Source: an uncultured virus (IMG/VR IMGVR_UViG_3300025402_000001) (taxonomy: Duplodnaviria > Heunggongvirae > Uroviricota > Caudoviricetes). From it: a stretch of 64,000 nucleotides of DNA. Positions 40,053-49,822 of this stretch are shown here, one piece after another (position 1 is the stretch's first letter; every line of letters starts with the position of its first letter). The notes below the pieces were generated by a model, which was given only the letters and a program-made list of their open reading frames with translations, made no database searches and was not told the DNA's origin. The stretch is from the IMG/VR virus record IMGVR_UViG_3300025402_000001; one strand, given 5' to 3'. The position numbers were made by a program, and so were the translations under genes.

Positions 40053-42409
40053 TGGCAGATGAATTGACACCTCAAGAGCAGGAAGAGTTTGAGTTCCGTC
40101 ATCGTGCGGAGCAAGAGCAACCACAGGCCGCTGCTGCTCAACCAACAAATATTCCAGGTACTAGCGTAGACTACTCCGCACCGGGTTTTGTTGCTGGCAC
40201 CGCTGGTGTTGTTGGTGGTGCTATGTTAGGCCCCGGATTAAAATCTGAGTTTGACAAGTACGGTATCCCTGGTCTAAAGCCACAGGCCACCACAGCTCCT
40301 CAGGTTCCCCCAACATTTAAGAGCCCGACAGAGGTTGCAGCTCAGGCAATTAAAAACCGCCAAGGTAGTGTTACTGTTGAGGGATACCCATCCAACCCTA
40401 ACGCAAATTATGGCCGTAGCCAGTTTGTAAACCCTGAGGGTAAGGGTTTATTTTATGGTACCGGTGAGACGGGCGACTACTCTGGTGTACGTAAGTCTGC
40501 AGAGGAGGCAATAGCCGCAGAGAAGCAATTCCCTGGCATGAAATCTATTCAGGGTGGTGCAACACCATTCTCTGTTCCTGAACATGTCGCTAAGGAACTA
40601 GAGTCATTAAAAATTCAAGAAGACGCGGCAAGAAACGCACACAACCAAGCAGAGGTAAGCCGTATTGCACATCTTCGTGCGTCTCGCCTGCAGGCAGTAG
40701 AGAACGCATACAAAGAATTAAACGCTAAGCCAGGATTTATGGAGTCCTTGCGTGGTGCTCCAGTACAAGCAGCACGTCGTGGTGTTGAGAATGTTGGTGA
40801 TTTTTTAAACAGAACAATTAGCCCGCATGGTATGGCAACGGCAGGTAGCCGCGCCCTTGGTGCGCTTGGTGGACTTGACGTTGGCCTACAAGGCACCAAC
40901 GCCGTGGAGCACGCCATGAAGGGCCAGTACGGCCGTGCCGCAGTGAGTGGTCTTGGTGCTCTCGGTGGTGCCGCGGCGCTTACACGTCACCCGTTGTTAA
41001 TGCCTATTGGTATGGGCGTTGCTGCGGGGGCTCCGTACCTCAATGAGTACTTAGACACACTGGCAGAGAAGCACCCAGGTCTGCACCTAGCAGATGGTGG
41101 CAGTGTTCCTGAGATGGGAACTGCACAGGCCTATGAACCTAGCTATAGTGAAAAGATTCGTGACTACGCAGCTAAATATATGAGTCCACAACAGGCAGAT
41201 ACATTGTTTGGTGGTCCAAGAGCAACCACGGCGGATAAGTTTAATCCGATTGGTATGGCGCTACAGACCCCAGGGGCAATTGCTGATTCAGCTAAGGGCT
41301 TTGTTGAGGCAGGACAAAAGGGTGACTACCTTGGTGGTATGGGTAACTATTTAATGGGAGCTATGAACGTGGCCCCAATGCTAAAGCCCGCTGGCCAAGT
41401 AGGTAGGGCCGCACTTAAAGAGCTTGGCCCTAAAGCCGCAGATATGGCGGAAAACTATTTAGCTAAATTAGGTGGTGTCCATTACGCTGTTCCAAATGAA
41501 ACTAAATTCATGCGCGCCAGTGAGGCTTATGCTCCACAAGAAGGAAAAACCTTAAATTTAACTCAATCAGATAGACTAAAAGCTATTGAGGGTGAATTAG
41601 GTGGACATGAATTTTCTGGTCACCAAATAGATAAACCTGAATACAAAGAAGCAAATGCTGTATGGGGTGTTGCATCCCCACAAGAAGCTACCAAAATTAT
41701 TAACCGTAACAAAAAAGTTCCTGAAGGACAATCTATTTGGGCTCCGTTAATTGGTAGTGAGACACAACATCAAACAAACCCTCATGTATTTGATCCTATG
41801 CTTGAAGAGTTTTATCACCAAGTAAGAACTGGTAATTTGACTCCAGAAACTGCAGCTAAAATGAAAGCTGCATTAGGCAAACAAGAGTTTGGTTCTGGTG
41901 CTAGAAAAGGCCAGTTGATGTTTCCTAATACTCCCGATGTAACTAATGAAGAAGCTATTCGTAATCTAAGTGGTACTTTTGAAAATAGAGGACCTTTAGC
42001 AAACGTTTTATTTGGTGCTCAAGGTGCTGGTAAAACAAAAGGTCAAATTATAGATTACAAAGGCATGTTGCAAGATATGGCTGATCCAAAATCTATCGGT
42101 GCTCCAACGCATTCTGTTGGTACTAGAATTTTTACTTTAGACAATAACGCTTCATATCGTCCGGATTTACATTCTGCTTTTCCTCATATTTTAAGTGGAA
42201 CTGATATGGGAGTATCTCATGCCCCCGTCCCTAAAGAATTGATACTGGGAGATTACATGCAACAATATAGAGACTTTACTGGCAAAGAGCCTGGTACTTG
42301 GGCCTTTACACGTAAACCTTTATCTGTTCAAATGACTGATAAACTATTACGTAAGATGGAAGCGGCAGGCCATAAAAAAGGCGGTAAGGTTAAGAAGGCT
42401 AAGAAATAA
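40052..42409 (+). CDS. multidomain internal virion protein
   Basis: 785 aa, coupled; hydrophobic glycine segments; LADGG and KKGGKV motifs. Confidence 0.6.
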   Translation: MADELTPQEQEEFEFRHRAEQEQPQAAAAQPTNIPGTSVDYSAPGFVAGTAGVVGGAMLGPGLKSEFDKYGIPGLKPQATTAPQVPPTFKSPTEVAAQAIKNRQGSVTVEGYPSNPNANYGRSQFVNPEGKGLFYGTGETGDYSGVRKSAEEAIAAEKQFPGMKSIQGGATPFSVPEHVAKELESLKIQEDAARNAHNQAEVSRIAHLRASRLQAVENAYKELNAKPGFMESLRGAPVQAARRGVENVGDFLNRTISPHGMATAGSRALGALGGLDVGLQGTNAVEHAMKGQYGRAAVSGLGALGGAAALTRHPLLMPIGMGVAAGAPYLNEYLDTLAEKHPGLHLADGGSVPEMGTAQAYEPSYSEKIRDYAAKYMSPQQADTLFGGPRATTADKFNPIGMALQTPGAIADSAKGFVEAGQKGDYLGGMGNYLMGAMNVAPMLKPAGQVGRAALKELGPKAADMAENYLAKLGGVHYAVPNETKFMRASEAYAPQEGKTLNLTQSDRLKAIEGELGGHEFSGHQIDKPEYKEANAVWGVASPQEATKIINRNKKVPEGQSIWAPLIGSETQHQTNPHVFDPMLEEFYHQVRTGNLTPETAAKMKAALGKQEFGSGARKGQLMFPNTPDVTNEEAIRNLSGTFENRGPLANVLFGAQGAGKTKGQIIDYKGMLQDMADPKSIGAPTHSVGTRIFTLDNNASYRPDLHSAFPHILSGTDMGVSHAPVPKELILGDYMQQYRDFTGKEPGTWAFTRKPLSVQMTDKLLRKMEAAGHKKGGKVKKAKK

Positions 42410-43464
42410 TGCCTAAGTTATCTCTACCTGAAATTCGTGCGCTGTTGGATGAGGCCAAGGCGGCCTATAAGGCCAAGTTTACGACAGGATTTTATCATGG
42501 TAGTCCAGCAAATAACATAGAGGCATTTGATCCCACAAAGTCTGCTAAGGATCCAATGTACATTACTCCTAAAGCGACTTTTGTAACTAGGGACCCAGAG
42601 TTTGCGGAATCATTTTTGTCAATGAACAACAGTGGCAAAGTTAAATCTGGCTCTACTATGTATCCAGTAAATGTCAATCTAGGACAACATTGGCACCCCG
42701 ATACACAGGAAGGTCAACAGGTTATTTCAGACTTTATTGAAAAGTATCCGAAGCGCGTTAACCTTGAAAAGGGTTTAAAGCGTGGTGACTGGACAGCGAT
42801 TGAAAACTCAGACTTTTTAACGCACTTAAAAGATACAGGACATGATACCTTCCACGTAGTAGAGGGTGGTATCCCTAACGTCGGTGTATTAAAGCCTGAA
42901 AACATCCGTGGCAAGTTTGCTGAGTACAATCCTGATGAGGCAATGAACCCAGACTTTATGAAGGCAGCTGGTGGCTCTGTTGAGGGTTACGCTGGTGGTG
43001 GTGAGGTACTAAAGAAGGTATTAAAGTTTGCTGAGGATGTACCATTTATTCATTACAGCAACCACCCGTCACTTAATAGACTAGAGCCCAGCATGTATGG
43101 TCGCGGCATTAAGGGGCAAGAGGCGGCAAGGCTTAAAGATGCTCCAGATATTAAAGACCGTAGCTACTTCTACGTAAATAAGGGTGAGCAGACAATGCCA
43201 CCAGAGCAGGGACTTGGTAGCCAAAAGTATCAAGGTACCGCATCAAATGTATACAACGCGGCCGAAGACCCAGAGGGATTTCATGCCATTGCTAAGAGCC
43301 GTGCACTTGATCCATACATGATGTCTTTTGGTCGTGAGATGGTAGATCCTGCCGTTAAGGCCACCGAGCTAGAGCGCCTTATTAAAGGTGCGGGCTATGA
43401 GGGCTACCACACCGGTGATGTGGGGCTGATGTTCAACCCCACACCGGTTAGTAAAGCACCGTAG
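42409..43464 (+). CDS. putative ejected effector with ADP-ribosyltransferase-like domains
   Basis: FYHGS..FD..FVT.DPEFAESF..MYPV..NIRGKFAEYNP; second FIHYS..RSYFY..GYEGY domain. Confidence 0.55.
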   Translation: MPKLSLPEIRALLDEAKAAYKAKFTTGFYHGSPANNIEAFDPTKSAKDPMYITPKATFVTRDPEFAESFLSMNNSGKVKSGSTMYPVNVNLGQHWHPDTQEGQQVISDFIEKYPKRVNLEKGLKRGDWTAIENSDFLTHLKDTGHDTFHVVEGGIPNVGVLKPENIRGKFAEYNPDEAMNPDFMKAAGGSVEGYAGGGEVLKKVLKFAEDVPFIHYSNHPSLNRLEPSMYGRGIKGQEAARLKDAPDIKDRSYFYVNKGEQTMPPEQGLGSQKYQGTASNVYNAAEDPEGFHAIAKSRALDPYMMSFGREMVDPAVKATELERLIKGAGYEGYHTGDVGLMFNPTPVSKAP

Positions 43465-43837
43465 CTTTAACCCAATTAGCAAACTGATGCAACTGTTCTG
43501 GCGTTGCATCTCGTTTCATACAATTTGCCATATTGGAAAGCCATTGCACATTGCCGATGGTATATCCTTTTTCAGGATCTATTTTATCTAACGATGGGCT
43601 TGTCTGAAGTATTTTTCCTTTTTGATGACCCCAAGATAATTCAGTATTAAACACTGGACATTTATCAGGAAAAATAGAAATTAAATACTCTAATGTCAGA
43701 TCAAACGGAATGTTTAATTTTTTGGCGCGGTATTTAGTTTCAAAAAATCGACGTTTAATACAACCCCCTTTGGTGGACATTAACCTGTCTTGATGTTTTT
43801 TGGAACGAATTGCTTGTTTTTCTTTTTGCGAAAGCAT
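43448..43837 (-). CDS. HNH homing endonuclease (same family as 5483)
   Basis: CPVF..SPSLDKIDPEKGYTIGNVQWLS..AN.MK. Confidence 0.85.
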   Translation of the reverse strand: MLSQKEKQAIRSKKHQDRLMSTKGGCIKRRFFETKYRAKKLNIPFDLTLEYLISIFPDKCPVFNTELSWGHQKGKILQTSPSLDKIDPEKGYTIGNVQWLSNMANCMKRDATPEQLHQFANWVKATVLY

Positions 43838-43925
43838 TTTGATACTCCTGAATAGTAGTTTGAAGTTGATAGGTGAGTCTTAGATTCAGGCTAAGACAAA
43901 GTTTTCGAACACTCTGTCCCTATCT
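43838..43925 (-). ncRNA. structured leader with RBS pseudoknot, upstream of HNH gene
   Basis: P1 GATAGG/CCTATC, P2 AGAGT/ACTTT, P3 GTCTTAG/CTAAGAC; loop CCTGAAT pairs with ATTCAGG at the SD. Confidence 0.7.
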
Positions 43926-43929
43926 ATAC

Positions 43930-43962
43930 ATATTAATGCAAAAAACTAGGCAAATCCGCCCT
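43930..43962 (-). promoter_or_regulatory. phage promoter motif
   Basis: AGGGCGG-N15-TGCATTAATAT. Confidence 0.8.
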
Positions 43963-45901
43963 ATTTTTTGTACCTTTTTGAGACCCAGCCGTCTCCGGCT
44001 AATGGAAAATCAGGAGCCCATTTTGGTGGTTGTGTTACCATTTTTAACACATCAGCCAAAGTCTGTTCTGCATTTTTCTCATCAGTTAATAAAAGGTATT
44101 CATCATGTATCAAGTTAGTCACCTCGTAACCGGCTTTATCAAGCCTAGTAAGTCCCTCGGCCAAAAAATCACGTGCGGTACCCTGCACCGCGGATTGAAA
44201 CAACGAACTACCAATAATCTGATTCCTACCCCACTGCCTTGTATATGTGCTCTGAGTGTGGACAGTGACCCCGACCTTTTGCTGACCCCACGGAGTGGTG
44301 ACCAGCTCGAGCTGTGGCCTCTGCCAGCAGATGAGTCTACCTGATGGCAGCTGCATCCATAGCGCGTTCTTTGCCACCTTCAGAACCAGCTTATCCCCGG
44401 CACGAAACGGATTACCGGGATTCTCAACTGCTTGAATCGCGGCATTTTCGCACAATGCCCACAAAGCCTTCACTTTCACATACGAACTGCGGTAGCCATC
44501 TACTGCGTTCTTGGCTTGAGCCTCACTAAGTTTTACACCCATCCCCTCCGCGTACTTAACAAGTCCTTTCGCGCCTTGTCCAAACATTGCACCTAAAACC
44601 GCTGACTTCGCGATTTGGCGCTGATCTTTAGTAACGTCGTCATAACTGACGTGATAAAGATTATCTGCTGCAAATGTTTTATACTCATCTAATCCTTTCC
44701 GGAACAATTCCACTTTATCTTTTTGCCCAGCCAGGTAGACGCCAACTCGGTTTTCAATTGAGCTAAAATCCACGTCAACGAAGGTTTTTCCCTCTGGTGC
44801 TCTAATAGCGGAGCGTACAAGGGAGGAAAGTTCTCGCATCGTACCATTTCCTCCCATAAATACGTTTGGTATTGCCTGTTCAATTTCCTCATCTTCAAGT
44901 GTGGGGCGCGCAATATTCTGCAAATTAAGCCCACCACGGCTCGCCCAGCGGCCAGTACTAGCGCCATGATATACCAATGTATTCCTAATCCGTCCTTCAC
45001 GTTGTATCTCCATCATTTTAGCGTACTTAGCCACGCTAGTTTGGCTTCCTTCTTGGCGCAGTTCTAAAGCTCTGCGAAGGGGTTTAAATAGGTGCTCCAG
45101 TTTAAGTGTTTTCTCTACTGTCTCGGCTGTTAAATCTGGTAACGGATCAATCATCATCTTGTTAACCCAACCCAGCAATTTGGCCCTCTCAGACGGCTTA
45201 AAACCGGTCAAGGCGACGCATTCGTTATCTAGTTGGTCCTGGGCCCTCACCACGGCCAAGACGGCGCTGTGGAGCTCGTTAGGATCAACCGGTACGCCTT
45301 TTAAATTAATTTTCTGAGTCAGTAGCCAAACTTCCTGCTCGGCCTCTGTAAGGGGCCTTAAATTGGCTACAATCGCCATCTCTGTGCGTACGTCCTGTGC
45401 GCAGTAATCAAACAACTCACGCATTAACTCTGGATCTTCATTAAAGGTGCCTTTATGGGGCTTGCACAACTTCTGGATCAGGTATCTACCACGGGTATCT
45501 TTTTGGTGCGCGCTGTCCATGAAGATGGCTGCATCACCCAATGATTGTGGCACGTTGTTGGCTGCTGCTATGGCCATGGAGTCAACGCACTGCTCTAGCT
45601 TTAAGGGAGGCCAGCCGTATTTAGGCACACAGACACAGTTCCAGATGGCGTACTCGAACATGGCGTTCCATGCTTGGATCTTGCCACCATCTTTGACGTG
45701 CTTTAAAAAACGAGAAAAAGCCATCACCGTGTTTGTGTCTGGTTTGGGTGCGTTGTAAACCGCTACATCGCTGGGGTTTGTGCCGTACGCAATACACAAC
45801 ACTTCCGTTGTGGGGTCGTTGGCGTAGATATCCAGACCGCGGTCGGTTAGATCAATGTGGCTACGTGTCTCAAAGTCAATACTAAAAATTTGCTCTTTCA
45901 T
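43961..45901 (-). CDS. polA: DNA polymerase family A with 3'-5' exonuclease
   Basis: IDFET exo I, TGRW, DFSSIENR motif A, RQIAKSAVLGAMFG motif B, IHDE motif C; start set at ATG after AGGAG. Confidence 0.93.
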   Translation of the reverse strand: MKEQIFSIDFETRSHIDLTDRGLDIYANDPTTEVLCIAYGTNPSDVAVYNAPKPDTNTVMAFSRFLKHVKDGGKIQAWNAMFEYAIWNCVCVPKYGWPPLKLEQCVDSMAIAAANNVPQSLGDAAIFMDSAHQKDTRGRYLIQKLCKPHKGTFNEDPELMRELFDYCAQDVRTEMAIVANLRPLTEAEQEVWLLTQKINLKGVPVDPNELHSAVLAVVRAQDQLDNECVALTGFKPSERAKLLGWVNKMMIDPLPDLTAETVEKTLKLEHLFKPLRRALELRQEGSQTSVAKYAKMMEIQREGRIRNTLVYHGASTGRWASRGGLNLQNIARPTLEDEEIEQAIPNVFMGGNGTMRELSSLVRSAIRAPEGKTFVDVDFSSIENRVGVYLAGQKDKVELFRKGLDEYKTFAADNLYHVSYDDVTKDQRQIAKSAVLGAMFGQGAKGLVKYAEGMGVKLSEAQAKNAVDGYRSSYVKVKALWALCENAAIQAVENPGNPFRAGDKLVLKVAKNALWMQLPSGRLICWQRPQLELVTTPWGQQKVGVTVHTQSTYTRQWGRNQIIGSSLFQSAVQGTARDFLAEGLTRLDKAGYEVTNLIHDEYLLLTDEKNAEQTLADVLKMVTQPPKWAPDFPLAGDGWVSKRYKK

Positions 45902-46091
45902 ACATGCTCCTGTGGCAAGCCAACGTATTGGCGGTTTAATAAAAACGTACAAAATCAACTATTAGTTTACTTTTTCGTACATTTTTAAACTTTTTATTAC
46001 AAATCAGTACTTTAACATACTTTTTTACACATTAACATACTGTGTGTTAAAGACGCATTTTAATGTTAAGGTGCATCTTTAAACTTCATAC

Positions 46092-46130
46092 ATATTAATG
46101 CAAAAAAGGGGCCTCCCAAAGGAGCCCCAA
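46092..46130 (-). terminator. intrinsic terminator fused to promoter motif
   Basis: GGGGCTCC..GGAGGCCCC-TTTTTT-GCATTAATAT on the minus strand. Confidence 0.75.
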
Positions 46131-46152
46131 ATCACCACCATGTGAAATAGTT

Positions 46153-46632
46153 TTATTTGTTTCCGTGGTTTGCTATTAATTTGCACCAAGCAATAAACAC
46201 TTCGTTTGACATATCTTTTTTCATCATGTTTAATGCTTTATGTACGATTTGAATGTTATTTGGGTTGTACCCCATATTACTATCAATTCTATCCACGGAA
46301 GCATCGACACCAAATTCTAAAGGTATCCCAGTAAAAGCGCATAGTTTATCTTGTGCTTCATACCGATCACTAATCTCCTCAATAGTTAGCTCAAAATTTA
46401 TACTACGTTTTTCTGCGCCGTGCTTTAGTTTAGAGTGAACTTTACCTGGTATCTCACCATATCCACGCCAAGCAGGATTTTTGTCGAGCTTGGCGTTTCT
46501 GTTTGGAGAACGATTGTTTAACGCGGTTCGACAAGAAGCACATACAGCGTTGTTGGCATTTGCTTTTTGGACAGAATCAGCACGCTTGTAGTGTATTGTC
46601 TTACCACATTTAGGGCAATCTCTTATAAACAT
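46153..46632 (-). CDS. HNH homing endonuclease
   Basis: CPKC/CASC, CAFTG..SVDRIDSNMGY..NIQIV..N.MK. Confidence 0.85.
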   Translation of the reverse strand: MFIRDCPKCGKTIHYKRADSVQKANANNAVCASCRTALNNRSPNRNAKLDKNPAWRGYGEIPGKVHSKLKHGAEKRSINFELTIEEISDRYEAQDKLCAFTGIPLEFGVDASVDRIDSNMGYNPNNIQIVHKALNMMKKDMSNEVFIAWCKLIANHGNK

Positions 46633-46634
46633 AA

Positions 46635-48509
46635 TTATATTTCGCACGATCCAGCACTGCATGCTAGGGTTTGAACACCCTCTACGTTGTCTGTGTTCTC
46701 CTTTAAATCTAGCCAGTTAATTTTAGGGATTTTGGCTTTGAGCTCTTCATACTCTTCTTCGGTGCATTCTTCATAAGGACTTTGGCGGTAACTTCCGCCG
46801 TCGTAGGGGAGGTAGCTAACTCCACTGATTTCGTCGAAGTGGTCCCATGTCCAGGCTCCGACACTTGGCCAGTCTTTTTCTGCAACTGAGACGGTGACTG
46901 AGGGCTTGTGCTCACACCAGTATCGCTGGTAGGTAAGCCAGAGTTCGAGGTGACTAATGGGAGTAACGTCGTCCCGTACGAGTCCGTCGGGGGCTCTTTG
47001 AGGAAAACTGAAGACGGTAGTTTGGGTTGGCTTGTAAACGCAGTCTTCAGCTGGTACTCCTTGTCCAATAAGGAACTGGGTGAGAGGATCTTTTTTATCT
47101 CCACGCACTCTTCGGATATAGTATTTAGCATGGCGAGGGTGGATGCCGCTCGCCGAATTAGTGAGCTGGGATACTGTTCCACTTGGCTTGACGCATGTGA
47201 TAGCAGCGCTGACAGGGACTCCGAGAATAGCTGCCCATTCTTTATTTGTATCTCTAGCGCATTCTCTAAGTTCTGTAAGTAGTTCATTTAATTCTGGTCC
47301 TTGGGTTGTGAGAAGGGGATTATCATAGATGCCGGTGAGGGAGACACCCAGTAACCGCTCCTCTTCAGTATTTCTCTGCCACACCTTGCGCAGATAGGGG
47401 AACTTTGTGAAGGTAGACTGGATGGTACCAAGGATAGCGGCGAGGCGCACCTTACGCAAGAGAGTTTCACGGTTGTCGTCATGGCGTACTACACATTCAC
47501 TAAGATTGCAAAATTGGTAGGGTCGTAAAATGATCTCACTGCACGGATTTGTACCGAACTCAAAATTTGGATCTCGATGCCCGTATTTTTCAACCGCCTT
47601 TTTAGCAGCCTCCCGATTGAATATGCCTCGCTCACCGGAATGGGAGTTGTAAAGTGATAGCCATTCCTCCATGAACTTTCCGACAGTAGGTGTCTCATTA
47701 TACACCGCACTGTTGTTCGCAAGAGCCCTATGCGGAGCGGTGTCCCACCATGGTCCAGCTTTTGCATGTCTAATCCTTTCGTCGTCCAGGTCGGAAAGTG
47801 AAATCATAGCTGATCGGCGTACGCCACCCACTACAACCACCTCACCAATTTTACACATCAAGTCGTGGCACTCTAGGCTGTTTAGCTTACGACCCTTGGC
47901 GTGTTTAAATGTTGCTACAGTAAACTCAAATAGATCAATTAGTGGTTGTGGCCCGGAAGCTCTTCCACCAAATGTTTTGAGTCGTGCTCCGGCAGGTCTA
48001 ACATTGCTGACGTCCCACTGCGGGATTTCTCCAGCCCAGAGGCTTGCGAGGAGTAAACGTAATGATTTTGCCCAGCCTTCTTTGGAGTCGTGGACTGTGA
48101 TGCGATGCTCGGACTCAAAAAGTTTTTCCGGCACTTCAGGCAGTAAGGATATATATTTGGCCTCGACTGAGAATCCCACACCTGTTCCACAGAGCAGGAT
48201 AAACATGGCCTCATCGAAAGACTTGGGGTCATCCACTGGAAGATACGAGCAATTATAGACGCAAGTATTGTCACGATCGGCACTCTTTCCTGCAGTCATC
48301 ATGGCTCGCATGGACGGCATCAATTCAAGGTTAACAATAGACTTGTACAAGTCTGCTTTTAGTTCTTCATTGCCAGTGATGGCTGGTGTACGGCTAAAAA
48401 TATAATCTGTAAATCTGGTTACTGTCTCTGGCCAACTTTCACGACGACCCTTGTCATCTTGATAGCGGGCATAACGGCTGGCGGCAATGTACTCTTGATA
48501 CTGGTCCAT
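46635..48509 (-). CDS. nrdJ: ribonucleotide reductase, class II (B12-dependent) type
   Basis: YNCSY, TNPCSE, CNLSE, KPSGTVS, C-terminal CSAGSC; no beta subunit in window. Confidence 0.88.
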   Translation of the reverse strand: MDQYQEYIAASRYARYQDDKGRRESWPETVTRFTDYIFSRTPAITGNEELKADLYKSIVNLELMPSMRAMMTAGKSADRDNTCVYNCSYLPVDDPKSFDEAMFILLCGTGVGFSVEAKYISLLPEVPEKLFESEHRITVHDSKEGWAKSLRLLLASLWAGEIPQWDVSNVRPAGARLKTFGGRASGPQPLIDLFEFTVATFKHAKGRKLNSLECHDLMCKIGEVVVVGGVRRSAMISLSDLDDERIRHAKAGPWWDTAPHRALANNSAVYNETPTVGKFMEEWLSLYNSHSGERGIFNREAAKKAVEKYGHRDPNFEFGTNPCSEIILRPYQFCNLSECVVRHDDNRETLLRKVRLAAILGTIQSTFTKFPYLRKVWQRNTEEERLLGVSLTGIYDNPLLTTQGPELNELLTELRECARDTNKEWAAILGVPVSAAITCVKPSGTVSQLTNSASGIHPRHAKYYIRRVRGDKKDPLTQFLIGQGVPAEDCVYKPTQTTVFSFPQRAPDGLVRDDVTPISHLELWLTYQRYWCEHKPSVTVSVAEKDWPSVGAWTWDHFDEISGVSYLPYDGGSYRQSPYEECTEEEYEELKAKIPKINWLDLKENTDNVEGVQTLACSAGSCEI

Positions 48510-48591
48510 TTATTGGTCTCTATAGTTATATGGTGGATAAAAAGGGGAGGCCACAGTTTCTATGGCTCTCCCCCGATACTACAAAAGCAAT

Positions 48592-48927
48592 TTACTTCTT
48601 AGGTTTTGTTTCCGTGCTTTTTAGCACTCCCTTAGTCTTCTTGGAAACTGCTGGGATTACTGGATTGGTTACCACCGCAATCTGGGCCATTGTCTCGTAG
48701 TATTCCAAGGTCTTTGTCAAGGCACTATGCAGCTCTTGTACAAACTTAAAGTTTGCCTTGTCATAGTCACCTAGATAAATATTAACCATATCTTTTCCAG
48801 TGCTAATGGCTAGGCTGATATTGAAGTTATCTTTATCGGTGCCCTCACCTGATAGGTCAAGAAAGCTAGGAAGACCATAGTCCGTGCTTGGAAAGAACTT
48901 ACTAAACTTCAGCTTGATGTTCTTCAT
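48592..48927 (-). CDS. hypothetical protein
   Basis: ATGA-coupled 111-aa ORF. Confidence 0.6.
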   Translation of the reverse strand: MKNIKLKFSKFFPSTDYGLPSFLDLSGEGTDKDNFNISLAISTGKDMVNIYLGDYDKANFKFVQELHSALTKTLEYYETMAQIAVVTNPVIPAVSKKTKGVLKSTETKPKK

Positions 48928-49442
48928 ACAGCAAAGTCCGACGCTGCTGATGTAGACCCACCAAACTTCTCACCATCCTCTAACTTCTGCACATTGTTCA
49001 AGCCGGCAGCAATACCCTTAGAGCCGCTTGTATCGTACGGATACAAAGTGATGGATGCACGGCCATAGCAACCTGAGTAGAACTCGCTGGTGTCGATGAT
49101 TGGGTTCAGGTCTTGGTCTACAATACCTGGGCGTTCGTTAGAGCTGGCGTTGATAAAGTAATGACCTGCATAAGCCGCGTCATCTTTCTCTGCATCACCA
49201 TCACGTAGTCCGCCTTTAAGGAGCTTAGGTACTGAGCCACCCCACACGGCTGCGTTGATTGTCTTGGTCTCTTCAAACGCCTTCTTAAAGCGCGCCACTG
49301 TCTCTGTGTCTGACTTAGGGATAAGGATGGATACAGAGTACTTTAACACGCCGTTTGGTGTCTCAGCTGGCTGGAACACGTTAGCGTAAGAGAAGCGAAC
49401 CTTGCCAGTTACAAACTTGGTCTTGATTGATTTTGTTGCCAT
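48924..49442 (-). CDS. single-stranded DNA-binding protein (DUF2815/gp2.5-like)
   Basis: VRFSYANVF..KYSVSILIPK..LRDGD..YSGCYGR..GLNNVQKL.DGE; promoter motif at 49509-49519. Confidence 0.9.
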   Translation of the reverse strand: MATKSIKTKFVTGKVRFSYANVFQPAETPNGVLKYSVSILIPKSDTETVARFKKAFEETKTINAAVWGGSVPKLLKGGLRDGDAEKDDAAYAGHYFINASSNERPGIVDQDLNPIIDTSEFYSGCYGRASITLYPYDTSGSKGIAAGLNNVQKLEDGEKFGGSTSAASDFAV

Positions 49443-49555
49443 GATGATTATTACCTTTTTAACATAAAGACTGGACTTCATTTGGGGCCAGTCTGTCTAC
49501 CCATACACATATTAATGCAAAAACAACCTACTTTTTATTTCACAATATGAGATAT

Positions 49556-49813
49556 CTAGCTATCATATAATAAACCTAGCTCCCCCAGTGCCTGCTTCAT
49601 TGCTAGGGCCCTAATGAAGTCGGTCTGGTACTCAGGCTCGTACAGCAACTCAGGGTCATCTGCTACAATGTCTAAAATTTCTTCAATGGATCCCCTGATC
49701 TGCATGACACCCTCTCGGTGTTTGCCTCCAGGGAGACCATCAAAGTCCTTCATAAACTGGTCGATTAGCAGGTCCGGAACATCAAACTCCGTGTCATAAC
49801 AAATAACCTGCAT
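49556..49813 (-). CDS. hypothetical protein
   Basis: 85-aa ORF with AAGGA RBS. Confidence 0.6.
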   Translation of the reverse strand: MQVICYDTEFDVPDLLIDQFMKDFDGLPGGKHREGVMQIRGSIEEILDIVADDPELLYEPEYQTDFIRALAMKQALGELGLLYDS

Positions 49814-49822
49814 ATTGATTCC

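Noticed and set aside
45905..46090. Integron attC sites
   Set aside because: Ends do not fit RYYYAAC/GTTRRRY and there is no integrase
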